The notes under the pieces were generated by a model, which did no database searches, had not been told where the DNA came from, and was given only the letters and a program-made list of their open reading frames with translations. Below are positions 46,850-59,027 of a stretch of DNA of 64,000 nucleotides, piece after piece (position 1 is the first letter of the stretch; each line of letters begins with the position of its first letter). A program made the translations under genes and the position numbers. This DNA comes from Protoeuglena noctilucae (lineage: Eukaryota). The stretch covers positions 868,001 through 932,000 of the forward strand of contig OY253668.1 in the NCBI GenBank assembly GCA_958009085.1, given 5' to 3'.

Positions 46850-49245
46850 ATGCCTGCCCTCATCGTCCACACGGCAGGATGTCTGTTGTCCCCTCCTCGC
46901 GCGAGCTTTGACTCACATGTGCGCACCTGGGGAGGCCTGAGGCCCCATCCGCCTCGGTCGCCGATTGTGCGCCGAGCACGGCCCTGCGCTCAGCGCGCAG
47001 TCCGGGCAGTCCGGGCACACGCGGTCGCGAGCACGCAAGAAGGCTTCGCCGCCCTGCCAGAGGGCCCCGTCGTGTTGTGGTTCAAACGTGATTTGCGGAC
47101 GGGCGACCACCTGGGCCTTGTGGGGGCCACAGCGGGGCGGGATCGCTCGGTTGTGTGCGTGTATGTCGTCGACGACACGCTGCTTGCGCTGGAGGGCCAG
47201 TCGCTGGGACTGACGATCGCCTGCGTTGCGGCATTGAGGAGCCAGTGTCGGGCGCTTGGCGGGGATCTGGTGGTTCGGAGAGGAGAGAGCGTGGCGGAGG
47301 TGCTGGCCATTGCTCGGTCCATCGGGGCGTCGTGCGTCGTGACGGAGGATGACGTCGATGCGTGGGTGCGCTCCGCGTGTTGCTCCGCGTTGCGCCTTGA
47401 TCCCCAATAGTGGCGGCCGTGCAGCGCGCCTCCTGCTCACGTGCGCAGCCCCCTCTCCGTTGCAGCGTGACGCTGTTGAGCGCATGGAGGCGACCGGGAT
47501 GCATGTGGTACGCTGGAAGTCGGTCGCATACAAGGATCATCTCTACGGGCAAAACTACCCGGAGTTTGTGCGACGGAGGGGGACGCCGTTGACCCCTTTG
47601 GACCCGCCCTCGTCTCTGCCACCACTCCCGCCTGGTTTGGTCGTGGGAGAGCTACCCTCGAGGCCCTGGGACTCCCCCGAGGCGGTGGTCCCGTTGGGCA
47701 CGCATCATTTTCCCTACGTTCTGCCCGAGTTTGTGGGCTCCATGACGGCACAGGAGGCCTGGGAGCGCATTGCGTCGCTGGTTGGGGAGGGCGAGGGTCG
47801 CGTCCTTGAGACCTTGCGTGAGATCGCTGCAGGGCGAGCCGGGGCGGAGGTGCGGCCCCTGCTGCGGAGCCTCGCTGTCACCGCCGCACCAGGACAGGCT
47901 GTGGCGGCCCTCCTGGCCCCAGCCGTGGCTCTTGGGGTCGTGTCACCCCGCCAAGTCCTTGCTGAGGCACGGAGGGGTCCCGTCTGGCACAGTGACAGCT
48001 ACGCATCCTCCATGGCTAAGGTGCCTGGCGGTGCCGTGGAGCGTCTGGCAAGGCGAATCGCTGCCCAGCATGACAATTCGACGCGCGAAGCTCTCCTGTC
48101 CCCGCAGGTGGCCGAGTTGTGGGACTGGCACGCGCAGCTGGCGCGGGTGGGGGAGACCGGCTCGAAGTTACGTCACTGGCGGTGGGCGGGGCAGCTCCTC
48201 ACCAACTACGTTGTGTGCTCGCCGCCGGGGTCCTCGCCTGACCCAGCGCGCCCCGCTGTGCTTCTAGTGCACGGTTTCGGCGCGTTCGCTGAGCACTGGA
48301 GGGACAACATGCAGCCCCTCGCGGCTCGCGGCTTCGACGTCTTCGCCGTCACCCTGGTGAGAAAACAGCGGGCTCGGGCGCGTCAGTTGCTTTGTGGGGT
48401 CCCAATTCTCCCAACAGCATCGCCCCCTCCCCTGACCGCAGCCGGGATTCGGACGAAGCGAGAAGCCGCCGCTGCAGTACTCACAGTACCTGTGGCGTGA
48501 CACTCTCGTCGACTTTGTGCGCACTGTTGTGTGTCGGCCAGTCATCGTCGTCGGCAACTCCATCGGGGGCTATGTGTCGGCGCTGTTTGCAGGTGCTACC
48601 TGCGAAGCGTGCACATGCCATGCCATGGCAGGGTCCTCAGGCTGAGCTAGGGACGCCCCATTGCAGTCACGCCCTTGCTGCACGTCTGCCGCAGGGACGC
48701 ACCCGGACATGGTTGAAGGCCTCGTCCTCCTCAACACTGCGGGGAAGATTGATCCCGGCTACGTGCACTCCCCGGACGACAAGTGCGAGCCAGCACGGCC
48801 CGCACGTGCGCTTGTCGACGTTGTGTCGCAGCTGCTGTTCCTGTACCTCCAGCTGGGCATCCAATCGACCCTTCGGAGGCTGTACCCCACGAATCCCGAC
48901 CGGGCTGACAAGTGGCTGGCGGACGAGATCGAGCGGGCGTCGTCGGACCCGGGGGCTCTCGGGGGGGTGTTCAAGGCGGGTGCTTACCTTCCTCGGCCCG
49001 TCCCTCTCAACTATCTCGTGGATGCGCTTGGCAAGCCGACGCTCGTCCTGCAGGGCGCATTGGACCCGCTCAACGACGCGCCAGGACGGGCCAGGGACCT
49101 CGCGCGTTGCTGCCCGAACGTGGAGGTGGTCATGCTGCAAGCGGGGCACTGCCCTCACGACGAGGTTCCGGACGAGGTGAACGACCACCTCGCCGCGTTT
49201 GCCACCCGGTGCTGCAAGCTGAGCGGCTTGGTCATTGGCGCCTGA
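46850..49245 (+). CDS. Photolyase/cryptochrome N-terminal-like domain fused to an alpha/beta hydrolase, with probable transit peptide
   Basis: VVLWFKRDLRTGDHLGL...LRSQCRALGGDLVVRRG (photolyase alpha/beta domain), then VLLVHGFGAFAEHW, GFGRSEKP, the GNSIGG nucleophile elbow, QGALDPL and AGHCPHDEVPDEVN. Confidence 0.85.
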
Positions 49246-49417
49246 GACGCATGCCTCTGGCGTCCGTGCACTCCCCTTCTGACATGCATTGGAGCTGTGC
49301 CCGTCCCTATCCTTTTCAAGCTTTTGGGTTCGCCTCGCATGGCATAAGGCCTCTCGACCCTTGCGGCCAGACACTGAGACCAGAGCACGCAGTGTGAACA
49401 TACAACATGCATGTGCT

Positions 49418-51078
49418 ATGCTCGCCAGCTGCCGTAGTCTGTTCTTGGCGTACAAATCCATCACCCATACGTTGCGGCGCGAGAAGGCAGCCCCGACCCG
49501 GCGTTTCGAGAGGGTGGGGGCCGAGGAGGCCCTACGCTGCCCAGCACACCCGGGCGGCCGTCTCTGCGGCGCCGGCTGGCGCCGTCAGCAGTGGCGATGG
49601 CATCATTGGTGAGCCCACTACGTGAACTTGCGGGGCCTTCGGTACAAATGCCCTTGGAGGTGGGATCCTGCCTGCTTCTCTCCTGCGCCCCCCACGCGTG
49701 CATCTCTGCGCCCGAATGCCATGCCATCCATCACATCGTTTGCATCACGCGAAAATTGCCAATTCCCCTTCCGCACCGGAAGATGAGACGGGACGGGCAC
49801 GTCTGCCCCCGGACGGCAAAGTGGAGGCGCAGGCGTGCGGCAAGAGGGTCGTAGTGTTTGGCGTCGACCATCGCTCCCGTGGCACGGACATTGCCGACTT
49901 CATCCGGGAGCACACCCCCAGCCACGTTGTCATGGAGACGAGCATAGGGCACAACCACGGGTCCGCGTGGTGCGGCCGCCTTCAAGTCAACAGCCTCACA
50001 GACCCGGAGGTGGCGCAGGGCGACTACTGGGTCCAGTCCATCGCGAGTTTGGGGCTTCGTATCCGGTGAGGCATGCACGGGCTAGGCGAGCCGCCCAGCG
50101 ACGACAACCCGGCCCGACGTAGTGGTCGGCCATGGCATGCCTGGGCGGAGGCGGAGGAGCGGCGTGACCAACCAGGGCTTGGGCTGTCCCGCCAAAGCAA
50201 GGAAAACGACAGCGCTGCCTTCCGTGCAGGGAGGACATGGGAAACGCAGCCGCGGTCGGTGTGCTGGCGGATCAGATGCTCTCAGGTGTGCGCAGCGACC
50301 ACCTAAGAGGCGGCCGCTGCCCCCCCTTCTGCGAACGCGGACACTCACTCGCTGCCCCATGCGGGCACCACCCGCGAGCTCGCCGCGCGCGCAGAGCAGC
50401 TCGGGGCCGTGATGGGCATCGCTGTCGGGGCGACGCTCGTGTTCGGCGACCGTCCGAAGGACGAGACATATCGGAGGCTCCTGTCCGAGTGCACGGTCGA
50501 GGACCTGGACGAGGCGTTTGCTCGGCAGAGCGCCCACAACTACCTGGAGACGCTGACGAAGGACACGTGGGCCAAGCAGGCGCACGGGCCTGCCGAGCGG
50601 GTGCTGCTCGACGAGAGGGACCTCTGCCTCGCCGGCGAGTCTGAGCAGCTGCGCGCTGCAGCCACTGGGCAACGCGCCCCCGCCTAGCCCATGCCCCCCT
50701 CGCTCGCGTCGCAGCCGCCCTGGCCAAGGCCGCGGAGGAAGCGTCCAGTGACGTCGTGGTCGGCATCATGGGCACGTCACATCTGCCAGGTGAGACGAAT
50801 CTGGCCGCCGTCTGGCCACCAGGGGCCACTCAGCGCGGTTTGTGGCAGAGGCGCCAGGCACCACGCCGTTTTCAGTGCCCCCACGACCGCGCTGACACTG
50901 ACGTTTCGCGACACCTCCTCCCCCACCCGTTTTCCGTGGTGGCACGCGCTTTGCTGCGACACTTTGAGCGTGCACAGGCGCCAGCCAGCGCCTCGCCGCG
51001 GCCTCCGGAGTGCTCGAAACGGCGCCCAGAGGACGCTGCGTCTTTTCGGGGGCGCAGCGCCGACGCTGTCGAGGATAA
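49418..51078 (+). CDS. TraB/PrgY/GumN family protein; start and last exon uncertain
   Basis: RVVVFGVDH...FIREHTPSHVVME, LVFGDRPKDETYRRL, VLLDERDLCLA, VVVGIMGTSHLPG. Confidence 0.75.
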
Positions 51079-51325
51079 TTTCATCGCTTTTATCGGATCG
51101 ATCTCTGTCGGCTGGTTGTGCTGTCTCGCGACGCGCCACGGCAGTGCCAGCCTGTCCAGAGCGTTTGTCACCTTCGCGCCGACGCCCTCGGCTCTCCGCT
51201 GGCACGAAAGCCTCACCTCGATCCGCATCGGGCTTCCGGGGCGCGAGCACGCGCTAGGCCCTCGGGACGGGCAGGGGGAGCGCGTGCAGGGCCCGCACGG
51301 GCGGGGAGACCTTGCCTGGCCGGCC

Positions 51326-53817
51326 ATGGGTCCTGCGAGGTCCGAGGGCCCTCCCGAGCCGAGCGGATCCGACCATGACTGCCAGAGCACCCATGTAGCG
51401 GACGTCCGGCCGCGCACCACAGGTGAGGACGCAAAGGGCCCCGGTGCTGGGCACAAGCTGGGCTGCCGCGCTACCTGCGCTGCACGCGCCACGGGTCTGG
51501 GGTCCTGCGGCAATTTGTTTGGCTGTCGTTTCGATTGGTGACGGCTGAGCTGATGCAGGAAGCAAACGGCGACTGAGAAGTCCCTTTCTTGAATTCCCGC
51601 AGGCATATGCCGTGTCCGCCGCGGCTTGCTGGGCTTCTACCGGGAGCAGCTTGTCGTGCTGAAGGGGGGGGACTTGCAGCTGTTCCCCCTCGGAGCGGAC
51701 CCGCACGAGGTGCAGGCGGAGGCCGTCGTCCAGCTTTCGGGCGCATACATCAAGTGAGACTTGCTGGGCAGAGATGCCACGGTGACGGAAGTCCCGCGCC
51801 TCCGGCCTTCGCCACTGAAGTGACCCGGCCATCGCCGCTGAAGTGACCCGTTGGATCCCCTCGTGCCGCAGGCCGGGAGGGCCCGGGTCGTTTGTCATCC
51901 GCGAGGGCGTTTCCAAGCGGGTGTCGTTCCGGTGCCCGCCTCACGAGCGCGACGAGTGGCTCGTGGCCCTGATGCACGTCGGGGGCCTCACCCGCCGCAT
52001 CGCCGACTTCTACACGCTGGGCAACGCCCTGGGGGAGGGCGCCACCTGCCGCGTCTTTGAGGCCACGTGCAAGGTACGTCCGGCCTCGCGCAACGCCGGC
52101 GTCAGCGGCGTGGGACGCTTTCAAGCCGCTTGCGTGCGAGTTGCGGCGCTGGACCCACACGACTGCTCCTGCCACCGCAGATCACGGGCAGGCGCGTGGC
52201 GATCAAGACGCGCCTCGACCCGTCCAGCTTCGACGCCCTCAAGGCGCTCCACAATGAGGTCAAGATGCTGGAGCTGTGCAACCGCTACCCGCACCCCGCC
52301 ATCCCCAAGGCCCTGGACTTCTTCTACGACCCCCAGGGGGGCCTCCACCTCGTCACCGAGCTCATGGACGGCGGGGAGCTCTTCACGCGCATCGTGCAGA
52401 GGGACCACCTGAGCGAGGCCGAGGCCCGCAGCGTCTTCCGCCAGGTGGTGGAGGGCGTGGCGCACCTCCACAGCCTCTCCATCGCGCACCGGGACCTCAA
52501 GCCGGAGAACCTCATGTTCGCGCACGACCCGGAGACGGGGGAGGAGGTCCTGAAGATCGTCGACTTCGACCTCGCGCGCCTCGACACGTCGGCAGCGTGG
52601 ACGGGCGACACGCCCTGCGGCACCCTGTCCTATATGGCGCCCGAGATCGTGTCCCGGCGCCGGTACTCCCAGGCGGTGGACATGTGGTCCCTGGGCTGCA
52701 TCCTGTACATCCTCCTCAGCGGGCGGAAGCCCTTCGGGGGTGCCACGGAGGAGGCGCGCAAGGAGAACATCAAGCGCGCCAAGGTCTGCCTGGCCCCGCA
52801 GCTGTTCGAGGGCGTCTCGGAGAGCGCCAAGGACCTCATCAAGGCTTTGCTCGTTAAGAACCCCGCTGACCGGCTTACGGCCAAGGTGACCCGCGCAGCG
52901 ACGCGTCTCAGGGCTCGCCAAGGCCGGGCGTTCCATTGGTTCGTTCGGCAGCGAGGCCCTGCTGGTTTCTCACCGCCTTTCCGCCTCCCGTGGCCCCAGG
53001 AGGTGCTCCGGCATCGGTGGCTGCAAGAGGGCCACGGGGCCATGTCGCGGTGGCTGCCCACGCCCCACATGCTCAAGGACGCGCTGTCCCCGGCGGCCCT
53101 TTTGGCGCTTCAGGACCGCAAGAACGGGGAGCACCACGCGGCCCGCAAGGATCTGTACAGGCGAGTGGCTGAGGAGCTGCGTGACTGGGGCGAACCGGGC
53201 GGTGAAACGCGTCGCCCTGGACAGCCGCCCACCGTCCGTTCGCCGCTATCCGCAGCAACCGCGGCACCGGGAATATCGGCACGGACGCGGTGCGCCAGGC
53301 CGACGATCCGCACCCGGACGACCACCGGGTGGGGCCGGGTGGCTCCCCCGCCACGCTGCTCAACCTCTTCGGCCTCGTCCCCCTCGTGACGGGCTACATG
53401 GGCACGACGGACAACGGCGCGGCGGCGCACCTGACAGCGGGCCAGGAGGCGGGCCACGTGGCCCCGCGGGCCTCGGCGTCGGGCAGCGACGGCGCCAGCA
53501 GCTCGGGGTCGGGGCAGGCGGGCGGGCGCAGCCGGCGCCGCTTCCACCTCCACGCGCTGTTCAGCAAGGGCCGCAGCAGCACCGACTCGGGGCATGCGTC
53601 CAAAGCCGCGTCGCCCAAGGCGGACGGGGACGCGCCGGGCCACCGCTATGTGGTCGAGGGCAGGCAGCACCAGCTGGACGCCTTCAAGATGCGCTGCGAG
53701 CTGGGCGCCGGGCCCCCCGTCGTGACGTCGCACCGGATGTCGGTGGACAGGGGGGGCCCGGCCATGTCACCCAGCCCCTCGACGCATGCCCTCATGGCCA
53801 TGGCCTGCGTCCTGTGA
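51326..53817 (+). CDS. PH-like domain plus CAMK-group Ser/Thr protein kinase with a DFD motif
   Basis: PH-like GICRVRRGLLGFYREQLVVLKGG...VSFRCPPHERDEWLVAL, then kinase motifs LGEGATCRV, VAIK, HRDLKPEN, DFD, CGTLSYMAPE and DMWSLG. Confidence 0.88.
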
Positions 53818-54169
53818 TGCGGCGGCGTGCTGCGCCGGCGCCGGACGGGCCGCCCAACGCATGCGTTCCGCCCCAAGGCCGCTCCGGTCGTCCCCTTGAC
53901 GGCCTCACCGCGCCATTTTACCAGCGGAGGGAGGCAATGACAGCGCGCATCTCCTACGCTCAATGCACGGGCGCTAGTCTCGCCACCTCCCCTCCATCTG
54001 ATGCGTGACCTACTTGGACTCGCTCCCGCTTGGCGTTGGCCCTCGGATCACGTGTGGGGTGCAATCAGCATGCGCTCAGGCATGTCACGTGTCCTCGATC
54101 GCGTGCAAATCTGTCATGCGCGCGCCAAGGTCCCCCTCTTACCCACTCTTTAGGGCGTCTGCTGCGCAG

Positions 54170-55072
54170 AACGCAGGTCGCTGACATGTGCATGGCCACC
54201 ATCTTCCAACATGTAGTGCCTTGGCAGGCAGAGCATGTGATGTGTTTCTCATGTCCCCGCACTTGCAGACCGGACCGTCTCTCTAATACTGCCTTTCCTT
54301 TTCGAGCGTTTGAGCAGCTCCCCCGTTTCGCAGCCGCGTACGCCAGCGCTGCTCGCACGGTGCCGTGTTGAAGAGCGGAGCGCACAACCCGCCAGCCCCC
54401 GTCACTGCCAGGGTTAGGCATGTGCCATGCCGAGTTTCATCTGATGCCGCTCGCCCGCTTCCCGGACTCCTCCACCCCAGCGCACCCGCAGGTGTGGCGG
54501 ACTGGCTGAGCCGTCTCGGGGGCTGCCCGGGGGAGCTCGTGGGGATGGCGGAGAGCGTGCTGCGTCCGTCGCGGTGGCGGGACCTGGCATTCACGCCCAT
54601 GTTCCGCGACGGTCGCAGCGTGGGCGAGGGCGACGCGGCGGGGGTCAAGCGCGGCCTGGCGGAGGCCCTCCTCCTCCTCAACGCCGGGCAGGACGTCGTT
54701 GCCGACTTCAACCGGGTGAGGCTCGCGATAGCGCAGCGTCCGCGCGCTCTCACATCCGCGCCCTTCCTCCGCGCCCACGGACACCGCCGGCCCCTACGGC
54801 CGCAGATGGTCGGGGAGGTCGGCGAGGACGACCCCGCGTGGGCGCCCTACTGCTTCTCGAGCGAGCTGTACGGCAGCACGAGCATGCTCCTCGCCTGCCT
54901 GGACAAGGAGAGCCTCGCCCGCGTGTGCGTGGGGTACAAGTGCGACCTCTACGAGCGCCTTGGGACGGTGCGTGCCGCCCGGCCGTGCAGGGGGGGCTCG
55001 GGCTGCGACCCGCGCGCTGTGGCGGATGTCCGGTCGCTGGAGATACGCCTCGCCGACAATCCGGGCCCGTGA
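54170..55072 (+). CDS. Hypothetical spliced protein of unknown family
   Basis: Exons about 54492-54715 and 54806-54968 have the high-GC3 codon bias of the neighbouring genes and canonical GT..AG borders. No motif recognised; both ends unclear. Confidence 0.45.
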
Positions 55073-55107
55073 GTCCCCGTTGAATGCTCCTGCCCTCGAA
55101 ACCTCAG

Positions 55108-55245
55108 TCAGGCAGTGTCTGGCGGCTGGCCTTGCCGGCGCAGCATGCACGCACAGCCTCCTCGGCGCCGCTCATTCAACTCTACGGCACCTGGTAGTGC
55201 CCGCTGGCCACCTCGAGGCTGGAACCTCGCCAAGATGCTAATATT
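55108..55245 (+). repeat. Diverged copy of the YaaA promoter/5'UTR/start region (partner copy at 60387-60500)
   Basis: Collinear shared blocks: TCAGGCAGTGTCTGGC (16/16; 55108-55123 and 60387-60402), ATTCAACT and TCGCCAAGATGCTRAT. Both ORFs begin MLIL. Confidence 0.8.
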
Positions 55246-58200
55246 GAACGATGAACATTCGCTGGCCGCCAGCGCGGAGGCTGCCTGCTTCTCGCGGCCA
55301 GGCTCTGTGCGCTCTAGTGGCTCGGCCGGATTTGTCGCTGAGCCGCGCTCCCCAGCGCTGGACCCTGCGGCCGGCGGAGGCGGGTTTGGCGCTGGAGCTG
55401 GCCTTAACGGGTTTGGCAGCGGGCTGGAATTCCCTGCGCTGGGCGATGGTCCTGGCTTCTCCGAGTCCACCCTCCCCGACAAGGTGACGCGGGGGTGGTT
55501 CAGTTGGTTAGATGGGAGCGGTGGGATTGCGTTGTGCGTCACGCGAGGGGCACGGTCGCTGTCATGGCGCGATGTCTTCCGTGTGGGGGTACCTGGCGGG
55601 CGACTTTGCAACTTCGCCCTGATGACCCTCACTCCACGCCCTAATGAGCATGCAGGCCGCTGGCGCCCGCCACAACCTGTCTTTCAAGCGCGAAGCACAG
55701 AATCCAGAGAGGGGGCAACTGTGGGGACGGGACAAGTGAGGGTTGGCTTTTGGAGAGGCGGCAAGTTGGGCTTCAAGTGTGGCATGTTCCTAGAAAACGG
55801 GGTGCCAGCACAGCGCGGCAGCCATCTACCGTGCACGCGGGCGCGTGAGGAGGAGCGTCTATAACCCCAACTTGCTCCTGATGCTGACTGTGTGCAGTGT
55901 GGCAAGTCGGCGGATCTATTTGGGTTTGTATTCCACCGAGGACGCAGCAGATGACGGCATTCGCCTGTTTAACAAGGGTGAGTGCCATGTCGGGCTGGGT
56001 GCGGCGCGGCGTGGTGTGGCACAGCGTCATAACCTGACCGACCTTGGTGTGCGACAACCACCATCCCCTGAGAGTAGGCCTCCTACTCTCATCCCACACA
56101 GTGCTGGTTGTGGGGGAGGCGGGCGGGGATCAGCAAGCGGAGGTGAGTGCCGCGTTTGCCAACGTGTTCTCAAGGGCCTGCCCGGAGCTGCGGGGGGCTG
56201 GGCCGTTGGGGATGCATGCCGGTGTTGCTTCGCTAGGCTCATGCTCTTGGCTCGGTAGTATGACGCCCATGTTGGGCGGAGCGGGAGCGGTCGCTGAAGG
56301 AGGTGGGGTTGGGCAAGATGGCCATCGAGCAGGAGAAAAGCAGGTTCATGGAGAATGCGGTGTTCGACGTCTTCCACCCGACTTCCGTTCGCCGGAGGAA
56401 GGTAAGGCGGTATTGTGCTGTGGGAAGCAGGCCGAGCTAAATGTGGGGATGGGCGGTATGGGCTGTGACGCTGCATTGCATATAACTTGTGGACTGTTGC
56501 CTGCAATGTTTGGGGCACGGGAGGTAAGCGATGACGGTAATAAGCAGAAAATTGTAATATTTTTGGGATTTGCAATAATAGGTGACTATGTAGGTTCTAC
56601 AATTTTGTGATGAAAAAAGCCAGCTTTATAGCTTCAAAACCAAACATCGCACCCTATTTCCTATTATTTAATATCTCTATAATTGTTCTATTATCCTTGA
56701 AAATCAAGCAAATCTAGCACATGACTCGAGGTGCCTCCGAGCTCTACCTGTATCCTCGAGTTGGTCTTCGCAGAATGAGCTGACTCTTGACGGCGAGATC
56801 TTTGGGGACGACGACTGCATATACGGGAATGAATACGGGATTTTTGATGGCCAAGGCGGGATCTTGGGGGGCGACGACGAGAGTGACCCCGAGTACGTGC
56901 CAGATGAACCTGGGGATCTTTGTTTTGATCTTCAGAACCCCCACTGCGAGCGCTTCTGGGACCCCGACGGGAAGCAGGTCAGGACCCCCGAAAGAACGCA
57001 TCTCACCAACGCCAACAACATGATCGACGTATGGGAGGCAAGTGCACGGCCATGCCATGTCACTATGGCATGGTATTTGACCTCGCTTGATAATCTGTGG
57101 GCACCCTGCATATTCATGCTTGGCAATACCCGTACTGAGCAGTAATTTCTGCCCCTCGTTATGTCGTTACTGATGATAATCTGTCGCCCTTGCGCCGCCA
57201 CTTCACACCCCTGTCCATGTCCCAACCCTTCCACCCATCCACCCGACGTGTTCAGCGCTGGGCCAGCGCGTCCTGACATGCTTACCTTTGTGTCCTTGAT
57301 TGCAGAGCAACGGGGGAGTTCTGCCCGGGCAGAAAGTCAGATTCTTTGGCGCGGCTGCGGGCCTCTTCCACACTCTGTGCGTTGAGGCTCACGGAAACAC
57401 GCAGCTCCAGAACCAGCTTATTACAGCTATCCCAAGGAGTCCGCCTTTCACAGACATCAAGGTCTTCGAGGATCTACGCGACATCCTCCACAAGCACGGC
57501 ACCTCCCCCCTCGTCTAGGCCATACTGGTTACCCACATGGTCCTGCCGGTCCTTGCTCACGAGTTGGACCGGGCCAGGTACTACAAGGGTGAGCCTGATG
57601 AAGGGGAGGACGGAAACTATTTCTGTTTCATGGAGAGGCCGAATGAGGCTACATTTGTGCTTCGGAAGAGCAAGACTGGTGACGAAGGCGTGTACCACCT
57701 CACGGAGGCAGCGCGTCTGATCGTTGTTCGCTGCCATGCCAAGCTTAAGGGGGACCGGCACTATGTGTTCGGCAAGTGCTCCTTGGGGGATGCTCTCGCC
57801 GCCGTCAACGTGGCATTCGACCGCATTCGGCATGCCATCGTGACGTTCCTCTTGCCACTTTGCCCCACCTACGACGTGATGCTCCACGTCTGCCAATATA
57901 TGCGCCACTTCTACACGGCGCTGCTGTACTACTGCCACACGGACGTGCAGCTGACGGGGCATGGGTTCGGCGGTGGGTTCCGCAACGGTGTCCGGTTGTT
58001 GTCGATGGAGGACAATGTCGGGGCACGGCTTATGGAGGACCTGGGCCTGGGCACGCTGGGTAGGGAAGGGGATGAGCGGAGGGTGGGGGTGAAGGTCGGG
58101 GAGAGGGCGACGGATGGGACAGTCGGGCTGGGACGATGCAGGCGCGAGGGGCCGACCAAGAGGGATCTGCAGCGGCACGCAAAGAACGGTCGGCAGTGCT

Positions 58201-59027
58201 ACCGTCGGATAAAGCAAATCAAGGCCCTTGACGCAGAGAATAAGGAGCTTCGACTCCACGTGCAGGTGGGGCCAAGCTCTCTTTGGCGCGCCGCGCGGCG
58301 CCATTTGGGACAATCGCTGCTTGTGCGTCGGCGCGGCGAGCATGGCTCTGCGGGGGGTCACTTTGCCGGTAAATTGTGCACGATTGCAGGAGCTGCAGCA
58401 ACAGCTGGCGATGCAGGAGGCCAGGCTGAAGGAGGTGGTACCGCTAGGGGAGGATGAGGAGGGGGTGGGGGGATGTGGGACCACATGTTGTTGCGTGACG
58501 GGGAGCCGGATGGTGATATGCTGTTGGGGAAGAGCTGGCCGGGGCAGGTGAGGGACATGGATGAAGATATGGTGATGGAGAGGAGCGTCAACTGGCGTGA
58601 TGGAGAGGATGATTATGACATGCTGTGGGAGGGGAGCGTGCCGTGGGTGGATAGGGGTAGCGTGCTGTTGCAGGATGGGGAGGGTGTGGAGGGAGAGGGG
58701 GATGGGGAGGGGCAGCATGGGGCAGCGGGGGCCGCAGTGGGGACGGGGGCGGATGGGGCTGTGGGCAACACATGGATGGGCAACGCTGTGTCTTGGGGCA
58801 CCCTCGACATGCCCCCCGCGCATCCCGTCACCTCGGCGTTGCTGCAACGCATGGCCGCGTTGCAGCAGCAACCCTCGGCCTTCTCCCGGCCCGCATCGCT
58901 GCTGCGGTCCCCCGCGGCGCCGTCCCCGCGCCCCAACCTGGGGGTGGAGGATGGGGCAGGGGCTGCGGTGGGGACGGGGCCGGATGGCGGTGCGGGGATG
59001 CCCGCGGGCCTCAGGCGGCTGCGGTGA
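55235..59027 (+). pseudogene. Multi-exon orphan gene or pseudogene with an AP2-like motif and an in-frame TAG
   Basis: Exons bounded by splice signals (55235-55483, about 55898-55977 RRIYLGLYSTEDAA, 56774-57038, 57306 onward). An in-frame TAG at 57516-57518 is followed by the same open frame (57537-58457). GC content and codon bias are lower than in the flanking genes. Confidence 0.5.

Noticed and set aside
50756..51541. Possible TraB-kinase fusion through a bridging ORF
   Set aside because: The bridge lacks codon bias and no convincing splice path was found; open frames are common at this GC content.
57516..57518. In-frame TAG as evidence for a TAR=Gln genetic code
   Set aside because: Conserved genes here end in TAG or TAA (SR protein, DUS3L, UTP12) and long exons have no internal TAR codons, so a nonsense mutation is the simpler explanation.
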